A stretch of DNA of 64,000 nucleotides from Carpediemonas membranifera BICM (lineage: Eukaryota; Protista; Fornicata): positions 310,001 through 374,000 of the forward strand of contig JAHDYR010000004.1 in assembly GCA_019828565.1 (NCBI GenBank). Direction: 5' to 3'. The first letter of the stretch is position 1; each line of letters starts with the position of its first letter. The notes below the pieces were generated by a model. That model worked only from the letters and a program-made list of their open reading frames with translations. It was not told the origin of the DNA and made no database searches. The position numbers were made by a program, and so were the translations under genes. This document shows, piece by piece, positions 50,636 through 59,954 of the stretch.

Positions 50636-53311
50636 ATGCATGAACGCGGCGTGGAGGGAGTGGCAGAGGTTGGGAGCATCACAACGGGTGATCAACTGGT
50701 TACGATACGGGGTCGAGATCCGTCTGAGAAGTCAACCACCAGCACCAAGGCAACAGCCGACAGTCGACCCATTCATTGTCCAGCAGATTCCTTCCTTGAT
50801 AGAGACAGGCGTCATAGAGCAAGTGAATCCCTCTTCCCTGCGACACACCGCCTCGCTGTTTACTGTGCCGAAGGGCGAGTCGAAGAGGATCATTCACAAC
50901 CTCACGATACTGAACGACTGCTCGGCAGAGCGCTCATCCTTCCGGCTCTACGGTCTGCGCAGAGCTCTCTCCCTTCTCCAGAGGGGCGACTGGATGGTCA
51001 AGTTCGACCTCAAGTCCGGGTACCATCAAGTACCAGTACGGAAGGAGGACCGCAAGCTGCTAGGAGTCTATCTTCCAGACGGACGAGCGTTTCAGTACAG
51101 AGTGCTAGGCTTCGGCTGGCGCGCATCGCCGTTCGTGTTTCAGACGATCACCAACCAACTCGCCAAGATACTAGCCCTTCGGACGGGTCTTACCATCGTT
51201 GTCTACCTCGACGACTTCCTCTTATTTCACCGCGACCGAGAAATCCTGAGGAGGGCGGTGCCGCGCATCAGGCGGACTCTAGCCGACCTCTGTGTCCTCA
51301 CCTCAGAGGAGAAGTCAGAATGGGCACCGACTCAGTCATTGGTCTATCTGGGGCTCGTGATAGACTCCGCGAGTTTTACAATACGCCTCCCGGCGGACAA
51401 GGCCAAACGTTACTCCTCTCACATTCATCAGGCTCTGGCAGGCAAGACCATCGATCAGGAGACTTGGGCCAAGATCCTCGGGAGACTGACTTACTTCGCT
51501 ACAACCGCCCACGGGGCTTTCCTCCGGCTGAGACACCTTCAACAGGACCCACTCTCCAAGGAGCTACTGCAAGAGTGGCTGCTACTGCTAAGAGAGCGCC
51601 CAGTCCGAGACATCAGAGAACTTCAGTCGCTTTGGGGCGCTCACCCCTCCTTAGACCTCGTCGTATCGACAGACGCATCTGGAGTCAAGTGGGGAGCAGC
51701 CGTGCACGGCGAGTATGGGACCTCAGCCTCGGGCACGTTCACTCCAGAACTAAGAGCAGAATCTATCAACGTGAAGGAGCTCGCGGGAATCCTACAGGGC
51801 ATCCGTCTGATCGGCAGACAGAGTTCCCAACGCGAGCTATCGATCTTCTCAGACAACACATCAGCTCTGGCCTGGCTCAACAAGGCGGGGTCTACGAAGG
51901 CTCCACCTCAGGCCCTGCACATTCTAGCCCAGATCCAGAAGGAGGCGGAGGACCGGAACCTGACACTCCGTGGACTACACACTCCGGGCATCATCAACCT
52001 GGCAGCAGATCGGCTGTCCAGAGGCTTCTCACGACTCCCTTCCTCTCTGGAGTCCAGCATGGAATCTGTCCTCGCGGAGTGGGGTCCAGTCCAGACAGTC
52101 TCAGCGGACGTAGACGTAAGGCTTGGATGTCGCGTCCTCTGGGCCCCCAATTCGTCTATGGCAGCCATAGTCCAGAAGATAGCGACAGCGAGAGTTCAGA
52201 CTCAGACTGGACACCCGAGGTCTTGGACCTCAGCAGTCTTTCTCCTCTACCCAGAGGTTCAAGCGCCGGAGATGAGACTCCTCAAGAGTTGGACGTCCTG
52301 GAAACTCCGTCTCTCCGTCCCGGCTTCGAGCTCAGATCTGGCCCACCTACTTCACCTACAGGACAGAGGACGCCTACGGTTCAATGTGATGGCGTTCAGG
52401 ACGTTTTCCACAGAGTCCTCAGGTCGGACAGAGTGATTCACCTTAATCACGCGTCTGCTCGGACGGTGGCCGGCTGGGTGGCCAGGTTCGAAGGCTCTCG
52501 CGATCGCAGCCTGTCGGATCGAGACCAGCTTGTAGCCTTCCTCAAGGACGAAGGCTCCTTCTGCGGGCCATCGAACGTGGCGAGGAAGGGCTACTGGATT
52601 GTTCAGCTACAGGAGTTCCTCAAAGACTGGCATCCGCCCGCCAACTCCAAGTACATCGTTAAGCAGGCGGCTAAGGGCGCCAGCACGGCGGGAACTACCG
52701 GCGGCTCGCGCGCCATCACCAAGGCTGAGATGATCGAGGCACTGGGGCGCCGGAGTGACGACTTTGAGTCATATCAGGCATGTCTCTTTGGGGCAGTCGC
52801 CTATCTGACGGTGTCCAGAGGCATCGAGATACTCTCCCTATGCCCGGCCGACCTGGAGCTACTCAAGAACGGCGACATTCTCCTACACATTCAGCGGACC
52901 AAGACCATCCTAACGGGAGTTAAGAAGCGCGTACCATACGTATGGCTATCAGCCGCCTTCAACCCGGCCTTGGCACTTAGACGCTGGGTCGAGGGCACAC
53001 ACTACCTGGCTGATGACACCCCCATCTGGCGAGTCATAGTCAACGGGCGCCTGAGCAGAGACAAACCGCTCACAGCCGCACACCTCCGACGAGTCGTGAA
53101 GGCGTTGCTCGGTCCACGGACGGGTCTCCACAGCTTCCGTAAGGGGGCAGCGTCGGAGATGGCTCTATCAGGAGTCCCGCTGGAGGTGATCCTCTCAATG
53201 GGCACATGGAAGGACGTCACCTCCCTCCGCAGCTATGTCGCTGACGCCATCAGAACAAACGAGGACCTCACCAGGAGGATGAACCTCAGCCTTCTCGGGC
53301 CCCACTTTTAA
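50636..53311 (+). CDS. PAT-B tyrosine recombinase ORF overlapping the whole pol ORF
   Basis: C-terminal SRGIE, RTKT, HSFRKG, GTW, RSY; the frame is stop-free from 50561. Confidence 0.92.
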   Translation: MHERGVEGVAEVGSITTGDQLVTIRGRDPSEKSTTSTKATADSRPIHCPADSFLDRDRRHRASESLFPATHRLAVYCAEGRVEEDHSQPHDTERLLGRALILPALRSAQSSLPSPEGRLDGQVRPQVRVPSSTSTEGGPQAARSLSSRRTSVSVQSARLRLARIAVRVSDDHQPTRQDTSPSDGSYHRCLPRRLPLISPRPRNPEEGGAAHQADSSRPLCPHLRGEVRMGTDSVIGLSGARDRLREFYNTPPGGQGQTLLLSHSSGSGRQDHRSGDLGQDPRETDLLRYNRPRGFPPAETPSTGPTLQGATARVAATAKRAPSPRHQRTSVALGRSPLLRPRRIDRRIWSQVGSSRARRVWDLSLGHVHSRTKSRIYQREGARGNPTGHPSDRQTEFPTRAIDLLRQHISSGLAQQGGVYEGSTSGPAHSSPDPEGGGGPEPDTPWTTHSGHHQPGSRSAVQRLLTTPFLSGVQHGICPRGVGSSPDSLSGRRRKAWMSRPLGPQFVYGSHSPEDSDSESSDSDWTPEVLDLSSLSPLPRGSSAGDETPQELDVLETPSLRPGFELRSGPPTSPTGQRTPTVQCDGVQDVFHRVLRSDRVIHLNHASARTVAGWVARFEGSRDRSLSDRDQLVAFLKDEGSFCGPSNVARKGYWIVQLQEFLKDWHPPANSKYIVKQAAKGASTAGTTGGSRAITKAEMIEALGRRSDDFESYQACLFGAVAYLTVSRGIEILSLCPADLELLKNGDILLHIQRTKTILTGVKKRVPYVWLSAAFNPALALRRWVEGTHYLADDTPIWRVIVNGRLSRDKPLTAAHLRRVVKALLGPRTGLHSFRKGAASEMALSGVPLEVILSMGTWKDVTSLRSYVADAIRTNEDLTRRMNLSLLGPHF
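50640..52436 (+). CDS. PAT-B RT-RNase H
   Basis: KFDLKSGYHQ, GFGW, YLDD, YLG, STDASG, INVKEL, SDN, NLAADRLSR. Confidence 0.95.
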   Translation: MNAAWREWQRLGASQRVINWLRYGVEIRLRSQPPAPRQQPTVDPFIVQQIPSLIETGVIEQVNPSSLRHTASLFTVPKGESKRIIHNLTILNDCSAERSSFRLYGLRRALSLLQRGDWMVKFDLKSGYHQVPVRKEDRKLLGVYLPDGRAFQYRVLGFGWRASPFVFQTITNQLAKILALRTGLTIVVYLDDFLLFHRDREILRRAVPRIRRTLADLCVLTSEEKSEWAPTQSLVYLGLVIDSASFTIRLPADKAKRYSSHIHQALAGKTIDQETWAKILGRLTYFATTAHGAFLRLRHLQQDPLSKELLQEWLLLLRERPVRDIRELQSLWGAHPSLDLVVSTDASGVKWGAAVHGEYGTSASGTFTPELRAESINVKELAGILQGIRLIGRQSSQRELSIFSDNTSALAWLNKAGSTKAPPQALHILAQIQKEAEDRNLTLRGLHTPGIINLAADRLSRGFSRLPSSLESSMESVLAEWGPVQTVSADVDVRLGCRVLWAPNSSMAAIVQKIATARVQTQTGHPRSWTSAVFLLYPEVQAPEMRLLKSWTSWKLRLSVPASSSDLAHLLHLQDRGRLRFNVMAFRTFSTESSGRTE

Positions 53312-53804
53312 CCACCCCCTCCATTAAACATCCGCGTTCGAGGGGAACGGCCGAGGCGAGACGGACTCGCCGGCCTGGATTCATCATTAATTCTTAACTC
53401 TGGTCGAGGCGAGATAGACTCGCCGGCCCAAAGCTTTAGTCCCACAGGGACGTCTTGCGGGATTGTCCCATTTTGGTTGGATTTAAGAGGAGGGCTCTCT
53501 GTTATAGAGCCACACTTTGTGGATCCTGTCACAGGACCATCACTGGCACCTGCGCGCGCCGATCAATGTGCACTTTAGGTCACACTTCGAAACGCATCGG
53601 CAGGTGTCGGAGCCGTTAGGACCTGACCGGACCGCGAGACGAGGATTTACCCGGGTCTGTCATAAGAGCTCGGGGAAGCCACCCGAAGTAAATACTCGCC
53701 CCCCCCCCATTTTGGTTGGATTTAAGAGGAGGGCTCTCTGTTATAGAGCCACACTTTGTGGAATCGACGACCGAGTCGGAGTCAACGACCGCAAAGAGTG
53801 ATAT

Positions 53805-53808
53805 AAAA
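53805..53808 (-). terminator. Pol III terminator (TTTT) of tRNA-Arg
   Basis: T4 run 2 nt downstream of the tRNA discriminator base. Confidence 0.6.
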
Positions 53809-53810
53809 TT

Positions 53811-53884
53811 CGAGCGATGCAGGACTCGAACCTGCAACCACCTGATCCGTAGTCAGGTACTCTATCCAATTGAGCCAACCGCCC
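53811..53884 (-). tRNA. trnR-ACG: tRNA-Arg(ACG)
   Basis: GGGCGGTTGGCTCAATTGGATAGAGTACCTGACTACGGATCAGGTGGTTGCAGGTTCGAGTCCTGCATCGCTCG folds as a cloverleaf; anticodon arm CCTGA-CTACGGA-TCAGG, T-arm GCAGG-TTCGAGT-CCTGC. Confidence 0.97.
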
Positions 53885-54090
53885 GGCATATCATCGATAT
53901 GTAAGCTATCACGCCTCGGGCGTGGCTCACGCCCTGACACTGCTGGGTCAGGGTGTGTCAGAACAGGATTCCGGAGACACGAGAAAGATGGACAAAATAT
54001 TTAGAAAATCTCGAAAGATATGATTGTGGATACGGTCTTGATCCGTCCCGATCGCGAGCAGATCGTATCCCTCCAGCAGAAACCGTGAGG

Positions 54091-54630
54091 ATGGCCGAAG
54101 GCGACGCGGATAACGCTGATCCGCCGCCTGTCACCATGGAGAGCCTTGCTGAGCTCATACAACAGCAGCAGAACGTCATTACGGCACTCCGTTCGGAGGT
54201 TTCATCGGTTAAGGACAGTACACGGGACCCGAGACGCCCGTCTCGGATAGGAGCCGTTGCTAAGGAGTACGACCACCTCCGCGAGACACTTGCCGACATC
54301 AGAGGTATCCTCAACAACCCGGAGATGACGCGCGTCAACCAGATCGAAGCCGCGATCGAGGCGGTCTTCGAGCGCAGACTCGAGTTCCTACGGCTATATG
54401 ACAGCCACTCCGACACCGCTGCGCGCTACTTCATGGCTATTTCGAGAGAAGAACGAGACGCGCAACGCTTCGTAGTGCTGGCCGCCAAGGCGGCCAAGGC
54501 CACCCCACCGCCTCCTCGACCCAAGCGGTTCCAGAGAGGCTTCGGCGGCTTCAGCCGCAACTCTCCCCGCTTCAACAACAACAACCGTCGTGCCCCGGCA
54601 ACCGACCTCGGACCGGGGCGGGCCCAGTAG
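54091..54630 (+). CDS. PAT-C gag-like ORF1
   Basis: First ORF of the element; coiled-coil N-terminus and R/G/N-rich C-terminus. Confidence 0.72.
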   Translation: MAEGDADNADPPPVTMESLAELIQQQQNVITALRSEVSSVKDSTRDPRRPSRIGAVAKEYDHLRETLADIRGILNNPEMTRVNQIEAAIEAVFERRLEFLRLYDSHSDTAARYFMAISREERDAQRFVVLAAKAAKATPPPPRPKRFQRGFGGFSRNSPRFNNNNRRAPATDLGPGRAQ

Positions 54631-54659
54631 AGGCCAGAGAAGGGTTAAGCCTGAACCCG

Positions 54660-57600
54660 ATGACTATAAAAGGCTCGATATACTTCGAAGAGTTTTATTG
54701 CAATGGAAAGAGAAGAAGCACAAGAAGATCAGCAAGACACCTCCACCCAGTGTATACAGGGGCTGACGGGCTCGATGAGCCGTCGGTGGATGAGGTGGCA
54801 GGCCCTCGGGGCCAGCAGGGAGGTGGTGCAGCTGTTACGAGAGGGAGTGAAGGTCACCCCGGCAGCACCGGCGCTCAATGCGCACCTCCAGAAGGAGACA
54901 GACACGATGAAGGCTCTACTAGAGGAGCTACTGCAACAGAAAGCAATAGAGAAGGGCGAGGCGACGACAATATGCCCCCTGTTCACATTAGAGAAGAAGA
55001 TCGCAGGCAGCTACCGTCTGATACACGACCTGAGACCGGTCAATGCATACCAAGAGGACCTAACATTCAGGCTGAAGGGCCTAGCAGAGATACAGCATGG
55101 AGTTCCGAGAAACTCGTGGGGAATAACATTGGATATGAAGTCCGGGTACTACCAGCTCCTAGTGGAGGAGAACTCACGACAGGAACTCGGATTCTCGTTC
55201 GAGGGAGAACAATACAGATGGAGAGGACTCCCTTTCGGCCTCTCAACGGCGCCACGGCAGTTTCAGTCGGTTACGTCACAGATGGCGAAGATCCTGCGCT
55301 CACTTCTCGAAGGACTGATAATATACGTGTATCTGGACGATCTGCTCATAATCAGTCGCTCGAGAGAGTCGTTGAACGCCCAGGTCCCACGGATCTTAGA
55401 GATCTTGGACTCACTTGGAGTCGTCCTATCGAGAGAGAAGTGCCACTTGACCCCGTCCCAGAGGGTAACTTACTTGGGCGTGATAGTCGACTTGCGCGAG
55501 ATGACGATGTCGCTGCCAGAGGAGAAGAGGGCTCAATACAGCAGACTCATAGCCAACCTGCAACTCAAGAGACACACAAAGCGGGACCTTCAGACCCTTC
55601 ACGGAAAGCTCCTCTTCTGCCGGTTCGCACTGGGGACGCGGGCACTTGTCCGGCTCAGAGAGCTGCAGGTCAGGATCGCTGGCTGCGACGACCGAGTGCG
55701 GTACCCAAAGTCCAGCCTGCCCCAGGACCTACGAACGGATCTGCGGTGGTGGGCCAGACAGCTATCATCCGATCCGGCATGGTACTTCGGCCCAAGAGGC
55801 CAGGTACTTCGTATGGAGACCGACGCGTCGGACTATGCGTTCGGTGCGACGCTGTTTGTCGAAGACACGTCCCTCAACATCCAGGGCAGGTTCTCAGAGG
55901 CACAATGCTCCAAGAGCATCAACGCGAAGGAGCTATGGGCAATGGAGGAAGGCCTGCGGAGATGGACGAGCGACATTCAGGAGAGGGACCTACTCATAGC
56001 CGGGGACAACACATCAGCGCTTTCATGGGTCCTGAAGTCAAGCACCAGAGCTCCCCGACACATCAGAAGGACGATTGTGGAGCTTCACGACTACTTGTTC
56101 GAGATTGGCTGCAGGATAAGAACCAAGCACATTCCAGGGAGATACAACACGACTGCCGACGGGCTGTCCAGGTACCGGAAGCTGGACTGGAACTCACCCG
56201 CGGCGATGCTCCAGAGCGCGCTGGAACGATGGGGGTCAGTAGACCGATCACTCTTCTGCGCGGAGAGATTCCTGCCGGAGGACCACGACTTCCAGACGGA
56301 CGCATTTACATGCAATTGGTCAGAGATGAGGTCATTGGCGGTCCCACCAGTCAGCCTACTGGACAATGTCATCGCCAGGGCGGAGGAGATCGCCACGTCA
56401 GACGAGACGCACCCCGCACTGCAGCAGAGAGGCCTATTAGTCATCGCACCACAACGCAGGACGAACTCCAATGCCAGACTGGCAGCCATAGCACAGGACT
56501 GGTTCGAGGCAGCGTTCCCGATCAGCTGGTGGGCCCACACGGAGATAGAGAGCCTCTTCACAGGCAAGCAGAGAGCGACGTTCATAGCCTACTGGATCCC
56601 GATCGCCACAGAGACCTCGTCCTCACAGCCGGGGGAGTCCTGCAACAGAGAGCGAGAGAACGTATCGCCGGCGGAAGACAGGAGGAGCACAGGTGGCGAA
56701 GAAGCCCCAGAGAGTTCGAGACAGGCCTCAGAGATCAGATACTCGGAGCAGCACTCATCAGGGATCGGGAGCGGAGCACCCGAGAGCGCATAGCCGTGGA
56801 GACGGCAAAGTACATCAGTTTTGCAGAACGTATGATGGAGGAAGAGGAGGAAGCTGGAGAGAACAGAGACACGGTAGGAGCAAGGGCAGCAACAGCCGTT
56901 TTCCTGGGCGAGATGGCACAACGCATTAGGGACGCAGACTGGAGAGCAGAAGTCGAAGAGATCGCACAGATGGCACCTGACGACGACTATCTCCTACACT
57001 ACATGATACAAGAGATCCCATTCATTGCCAAGGACACATTCCTCGTCAAGGAAGCAAATATCAGGACCATGGTCTGGAGAGCTCACCCATCCACAGGGCT
57101 CTGATACGCGCGTGTGCAAGAATGGCCGGCAAATACGAGCTGACTGTGGGTCGTAAGACCGGAAAGGCATACCCGGTGACAGTCGAGCAGCTGAAGAGAG
57201 CAGCAGCCGCGGCGCGCAAGACCAAGTCACCGGCGCTCACGCAGGCAGTAGCCTTCGGACTGACGTGCTTCTCCACCGTCAGCAGATCAGGGGAGATAAT
57301 GAGCTTACTCACGACCGACGTTCGGCGGGTGAGAGAGGGCTACGAGATCACTATTCGAAGATCCAAGACCAGGGATGAGCCCATGGTGAAGCTGATCCCA
57401 CTACTAGCAGCAGGAGGCTTAAGCCCAGCCAGGTGGCTGAGAGCACACCTCAACGACATCCAGACGGAAGGACCCCTGTGGAGATCCATACAGCACACCG
57501 AGAGCCTGCTGAGAGACAACTGCCTTCCACTGACAGCAACAAGGTGGCGCAGATGGGAGATGATCATGGACGTCAACGAGGTCTTCAAGGCAACAGGACA

Positions 57601-57757
57601 CAGCTTCAGACGTGGAGCCGTCGTCCACATGATCGATGAAGGGCGTTCCCCATTGGTTATTCAGGCACTAGGAGGCTGGAAGTCGATCGATTCGGTGAAT
57701 AGATACTGTGAAGAGGCCATTCGAATCTCACAGCATGCTCTACAGAGAAGAACATAG
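54660..57757 (+). CDS. PAT-C tyrosine recombinase ORF (overlaps pol; 1-nt frameshift near 57090; catalytic part 57122-57757)
   Basis: SRSGE, RSKT, HSFRRG, GGW, RY. Confidence 0.85.
54703..56793 (+). CDS. PAT-C RT, RNase H and methyltransferase-like domain
   Basis: RLIHDLRPVN, LDMKSGY, LPFGLSTAP, YLDD, ETDAS, INAKEL, GDN, HIPG..NTTADGLSR; WGSVDRSLF...DAF..NW...AVPP. Confidence 0.95.
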   Translation: MEREEAQEDQQDTSTQCIQGLTGSMSRRWMRWQALGASREVVQLLREGVKVTPAAPALNAHLQKETDTMKALLEELLQQKAIEKGEATTICPLFTLEKKIAGSYRLIHDLRPVNAYQEDLTFRLKGLAEIQHGVPRNSWGITLDMKSGYYQLLVEENSRQELGFSFEGEQYRWRGLPFGLSTAPRQFQSVTSQMAKILRSLLEGLIIYVYLDDLLIISRSRESLNAQVPRILEILDSLGVVLSREKCHLTPSQRVTYLGVIVDLREMTMSLPEEKRAQYSRLIANLQLKRHTKRDLQTLHGKLLFCRFALGTRALVRLRELQVRIAGCDDRVRYPKSSLPQDLRTDLRWWARQLSSDPAWYFGPRGQVLRMETDASDYAFGATLFVEDTSLNIQGRFSEAQCSKSINAKELWAMEEGLRRWTSDIQERDLLIAGDNTSALSWVLKSSTRAPRHIRRTIVELHDYLFEIGCRIRTKHIPGRYNTTADGLSRYRKLDWNSPAAMLQSALERWGSVDRSLFCAERFLPEDHDFQTDAFTCNWSEMRSLAVPPVSLLDNVIARAEEIATSDETHPALQQRGLLVIAPQRRTNSNARLAAIAQDWFEAAFPISWWAHTEIESLFTGKQRATFIAYWIPIATETSSSQPGESCNRERENVSPAEDRRSTGGEEAPESSRQASEIRYSEQHSSGIGSGAPESA

Positions 57758-58823
57758 AAATATAGGACATAAGAGAGCATTGTAGCGATAAAGGGAGATG
57801 AAACGGAACGAGGGGAGAAGAAACAGGCAAGAGCTAGAGAAATGGATGTTTCTCGGATTCGGAACAGGAATTACATATGCCACGTATAACCGGCACAGAA
57901 GGTCATAAGTGCAGTAGAGGAAGGCCCAGGGTACCATCGCAAGGTTAGATGGCGGGATGCATCAATTTGGAATAGTCGATTATCGTCGACCAAATGGTCG
58001 TGTATGTCATCGATATGTAAGCTATCACGCCTCGGGCGTGGCACACCCTGACACTGCTGGGTCAGGGTGTGTCAGAACAAGATTCCGGGGACACGAGAAA
58101 GATGGTCAAAATATTTAGAAAATCTCGAAAGATATGATTGTGGATACGGTCTTGATCCGTCTCGATCGCGAGCAGATCGTATCCCTCCAGCAGAAACCGT
58201 GAGGATGGCTGAAGGCGACGCGGATGACGGGCCAAGGCCACCAAACGGAGATAAATTTGATCTAATCAATTTGGAATAGTCGATTATCGTCGACCAAATG
58301 GTCGTTAAAGGTTTAGATCTCTCATTTTATATGCAGCAATGACGATTTGAAATGATGGTCTGACAAGCTAACGCCTGGAATGACAAACCCGAATAGAGCG
58401 GGAGTGAATAATCGTGCCGACTGACGGGTCTTGGGTGCGGCATTCTGTAAGTAAGTTACCTCCCAGCCTGGAGCCAAGGAACACTCCTTATCACAACGCC
58501 TGTCCCCGCATGTCACGTCGTCAGCCCACACTCACTGGTTGGACGGTGTTCACTCCGGAGGGTGACTCAGACAGGGTGTTAGGACACCGATATATTGTAG
58601 TCAATATTAATATCTACAAATATCCCCGTGAGGGTCCTAACCTCGTTTTACTTGTAAACCTATCTCTTCCAAGACTACAGTACTAGTACTTTCCCGATGG
58701 ATAGAGACGGGAAGAACCAAGCACCGCTACTCAAGGAAGCTACTTTTGTCATAAGGCATCCACGTCCGCAGTTTATGTAAATGTTCCAATCTCTTCGCCC
58801 CGGCACAGTGATCACTTTCCGAA

Positions 58824-59954
58824 ATGAATAATTGGATTCCGCCATCACTATCGGACTTCTCTAGAGAGTCCGTTCGCGCGTTCAAACGCGCCCTCACGTT
58901 CGCGCAGAAGCATGCTCCTACCACAACCGTCATAACGGCTTACGAGTGCCTCACCGAGGATCAAGTCAGTCATGTCCGATTTGTCCGCAACGTCGACGTC
59001 GAAGCACTCAACGACGCAGAACTTCTCGCCGAAATCACCGCTCTTTCTTTCCCGAGAACCCTTGAGAAAACCATCCAAGAAATCCGGGCCCTCACGCAGG
59101 ACCGAACCAAGTCCACGATCGAGGCCGTATCTCGTCTCATGGCTGAGACCGAGGAGCTGCGCTCCCACGCCCATGCCCTTCTCAACGCCGAGCTCGGCGC
59201 CAAGCCAGAGCCCGAGCCCGCCGAGGTGGATGAAGACGAGGCCGCCCTCAGCAAGGTCATCACCCAGAAGCCAGACAGCACGCCGAGTGAGCAGGACACC
59301 CCGAGAAAAGCCAGCCCCACCCGCGGACTCGATAAGATCATCGCCAAAGCTTTTATCGCCGCCCTTCGCCCGGTCTCACTTGCCAACCGTATTCAGCAAA
59401 AGTGGGACCTCTCTGGCGCCCGGGACATCGATAGCTTATTTGTGCACACGCGCGAGCTCATACTGCACGCCATTGACGCCCGTGAAGTCCTCGGAAGCGT
59501 GATTCAAGACATATCCATCACATCCTCCAGCACGAGCTCCATCACGAGCTCCAGCACTGGCCCGAAACATAGCCAGAACGCCAACACCAGATCCCGCCGC
59601 GAGCGCCGGCGCCCTCCTCCATACGCGTGCTCCTGTGGAGGCATGCACTGGAAGGCTGATTGCCCGCACCGCGGCAGCACGCCCGGACAGCCCCAGGCTA
59701 CCAAAGGCCACCCCGCCGCGGCCCGCGACGCCAGACCGGCACCTCAGCCGCAACGCCAGCCCCAAGCGGCCAACAAACCGGCTCAGCCACAGCCGGCACC
59801 AGCTGCTCAGAAGCAGCAGCAACAGTCATCCCAGCAGCCACAGCCTCGCCCCCGACGAGAGACGCGCTGGGAACATGGTGCTCCGGGACAGATCCAAGCT
59901 GATCAACTCTCGTCCAGGAGTCCACGAAGTCGAAGTCGCACACAATGCTTGTGA
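58824..59954 (+). CDS. gag: Gag of Gypsy-2
   Basis: Zinc knuckle CSCGGMHWKADC; probable 1-nt indel in the C-run near 59850 linking it to pol. Confidence 0.8.
   Translation: MNNWIPPSLSDFSRESVRAFKRALTFAQKHAPTTTVITAYECLTEDQVSHVRFVRNVDVEALNDAELLAEITALSFPRTLEKTIQEIRALTQDRTKSTIEAVSRLMAETEELRSHAHALLNAELGAKPEPEPAEVDEDEAALSKVITQKPDSTPSEQDTPRKASPTRGLDKIIAKAFIAALRPVSLANRIQQKWDLSGARDIDSLFVHTRELILHAIDAREVLGSVIQDISITSSSTSSITSSSTGPKHSQNANTRSRRERRRPPPYACSCGGMHWKADCPHRGSTPGQPQATKGHPAAARDARPAPQPQRQPQAANKPAQPQPAPAAQKQQQQSSQQPQPRPRRETRWEHGAPGQIQADQLSSRSPRSRSRTQCL

Larger units (their letters stand above)
50062..53762 (+). mobile_element. Complete tyrosine-recombinase retrotransposon family B with split direct repeats A1-ORFs-B1A2-B2
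   Basis: A = 81 bp at 50062-50142 and 53524-53604; B = 57 bp at 53467-53523 and 53706-53762; intact gag, pol and YR; no TSD. Confidence 0.96.
53886..58305 (+). mobile_element. Tyrosine-recombinase retrotransposon family C (PAT-like) with split direct repeats
   Basis: A of about 230 bp at 53886-54115 and 58002-58229 (about 95% identical); B = 41 bp at 57961-58001 and 58265-58305; gag, pol and YR present. Confidence 0.94.

Noticed and set aside
35450-53822. Recurring 23/37-bp repeats as a CRISPR-like array
   Set aside because: They are separated by kilobases of retroelement, are explained as duplicated tRNA flank, and no cas genes are present in a eukaryotic context.
58446-58800. TGTAAG as the start of the Gypsy-2 5' LTR
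   Set aside because: No second LTR, matching inverted end or PBS in the window to confirm the boundary.
59840-59860. Programmed +1 gag-pol frameshift in Gypsy-2
   Set aside because: The break coincides with a C homopolymer like many other indels in this assembly, so error or mutation is more parsimonious.
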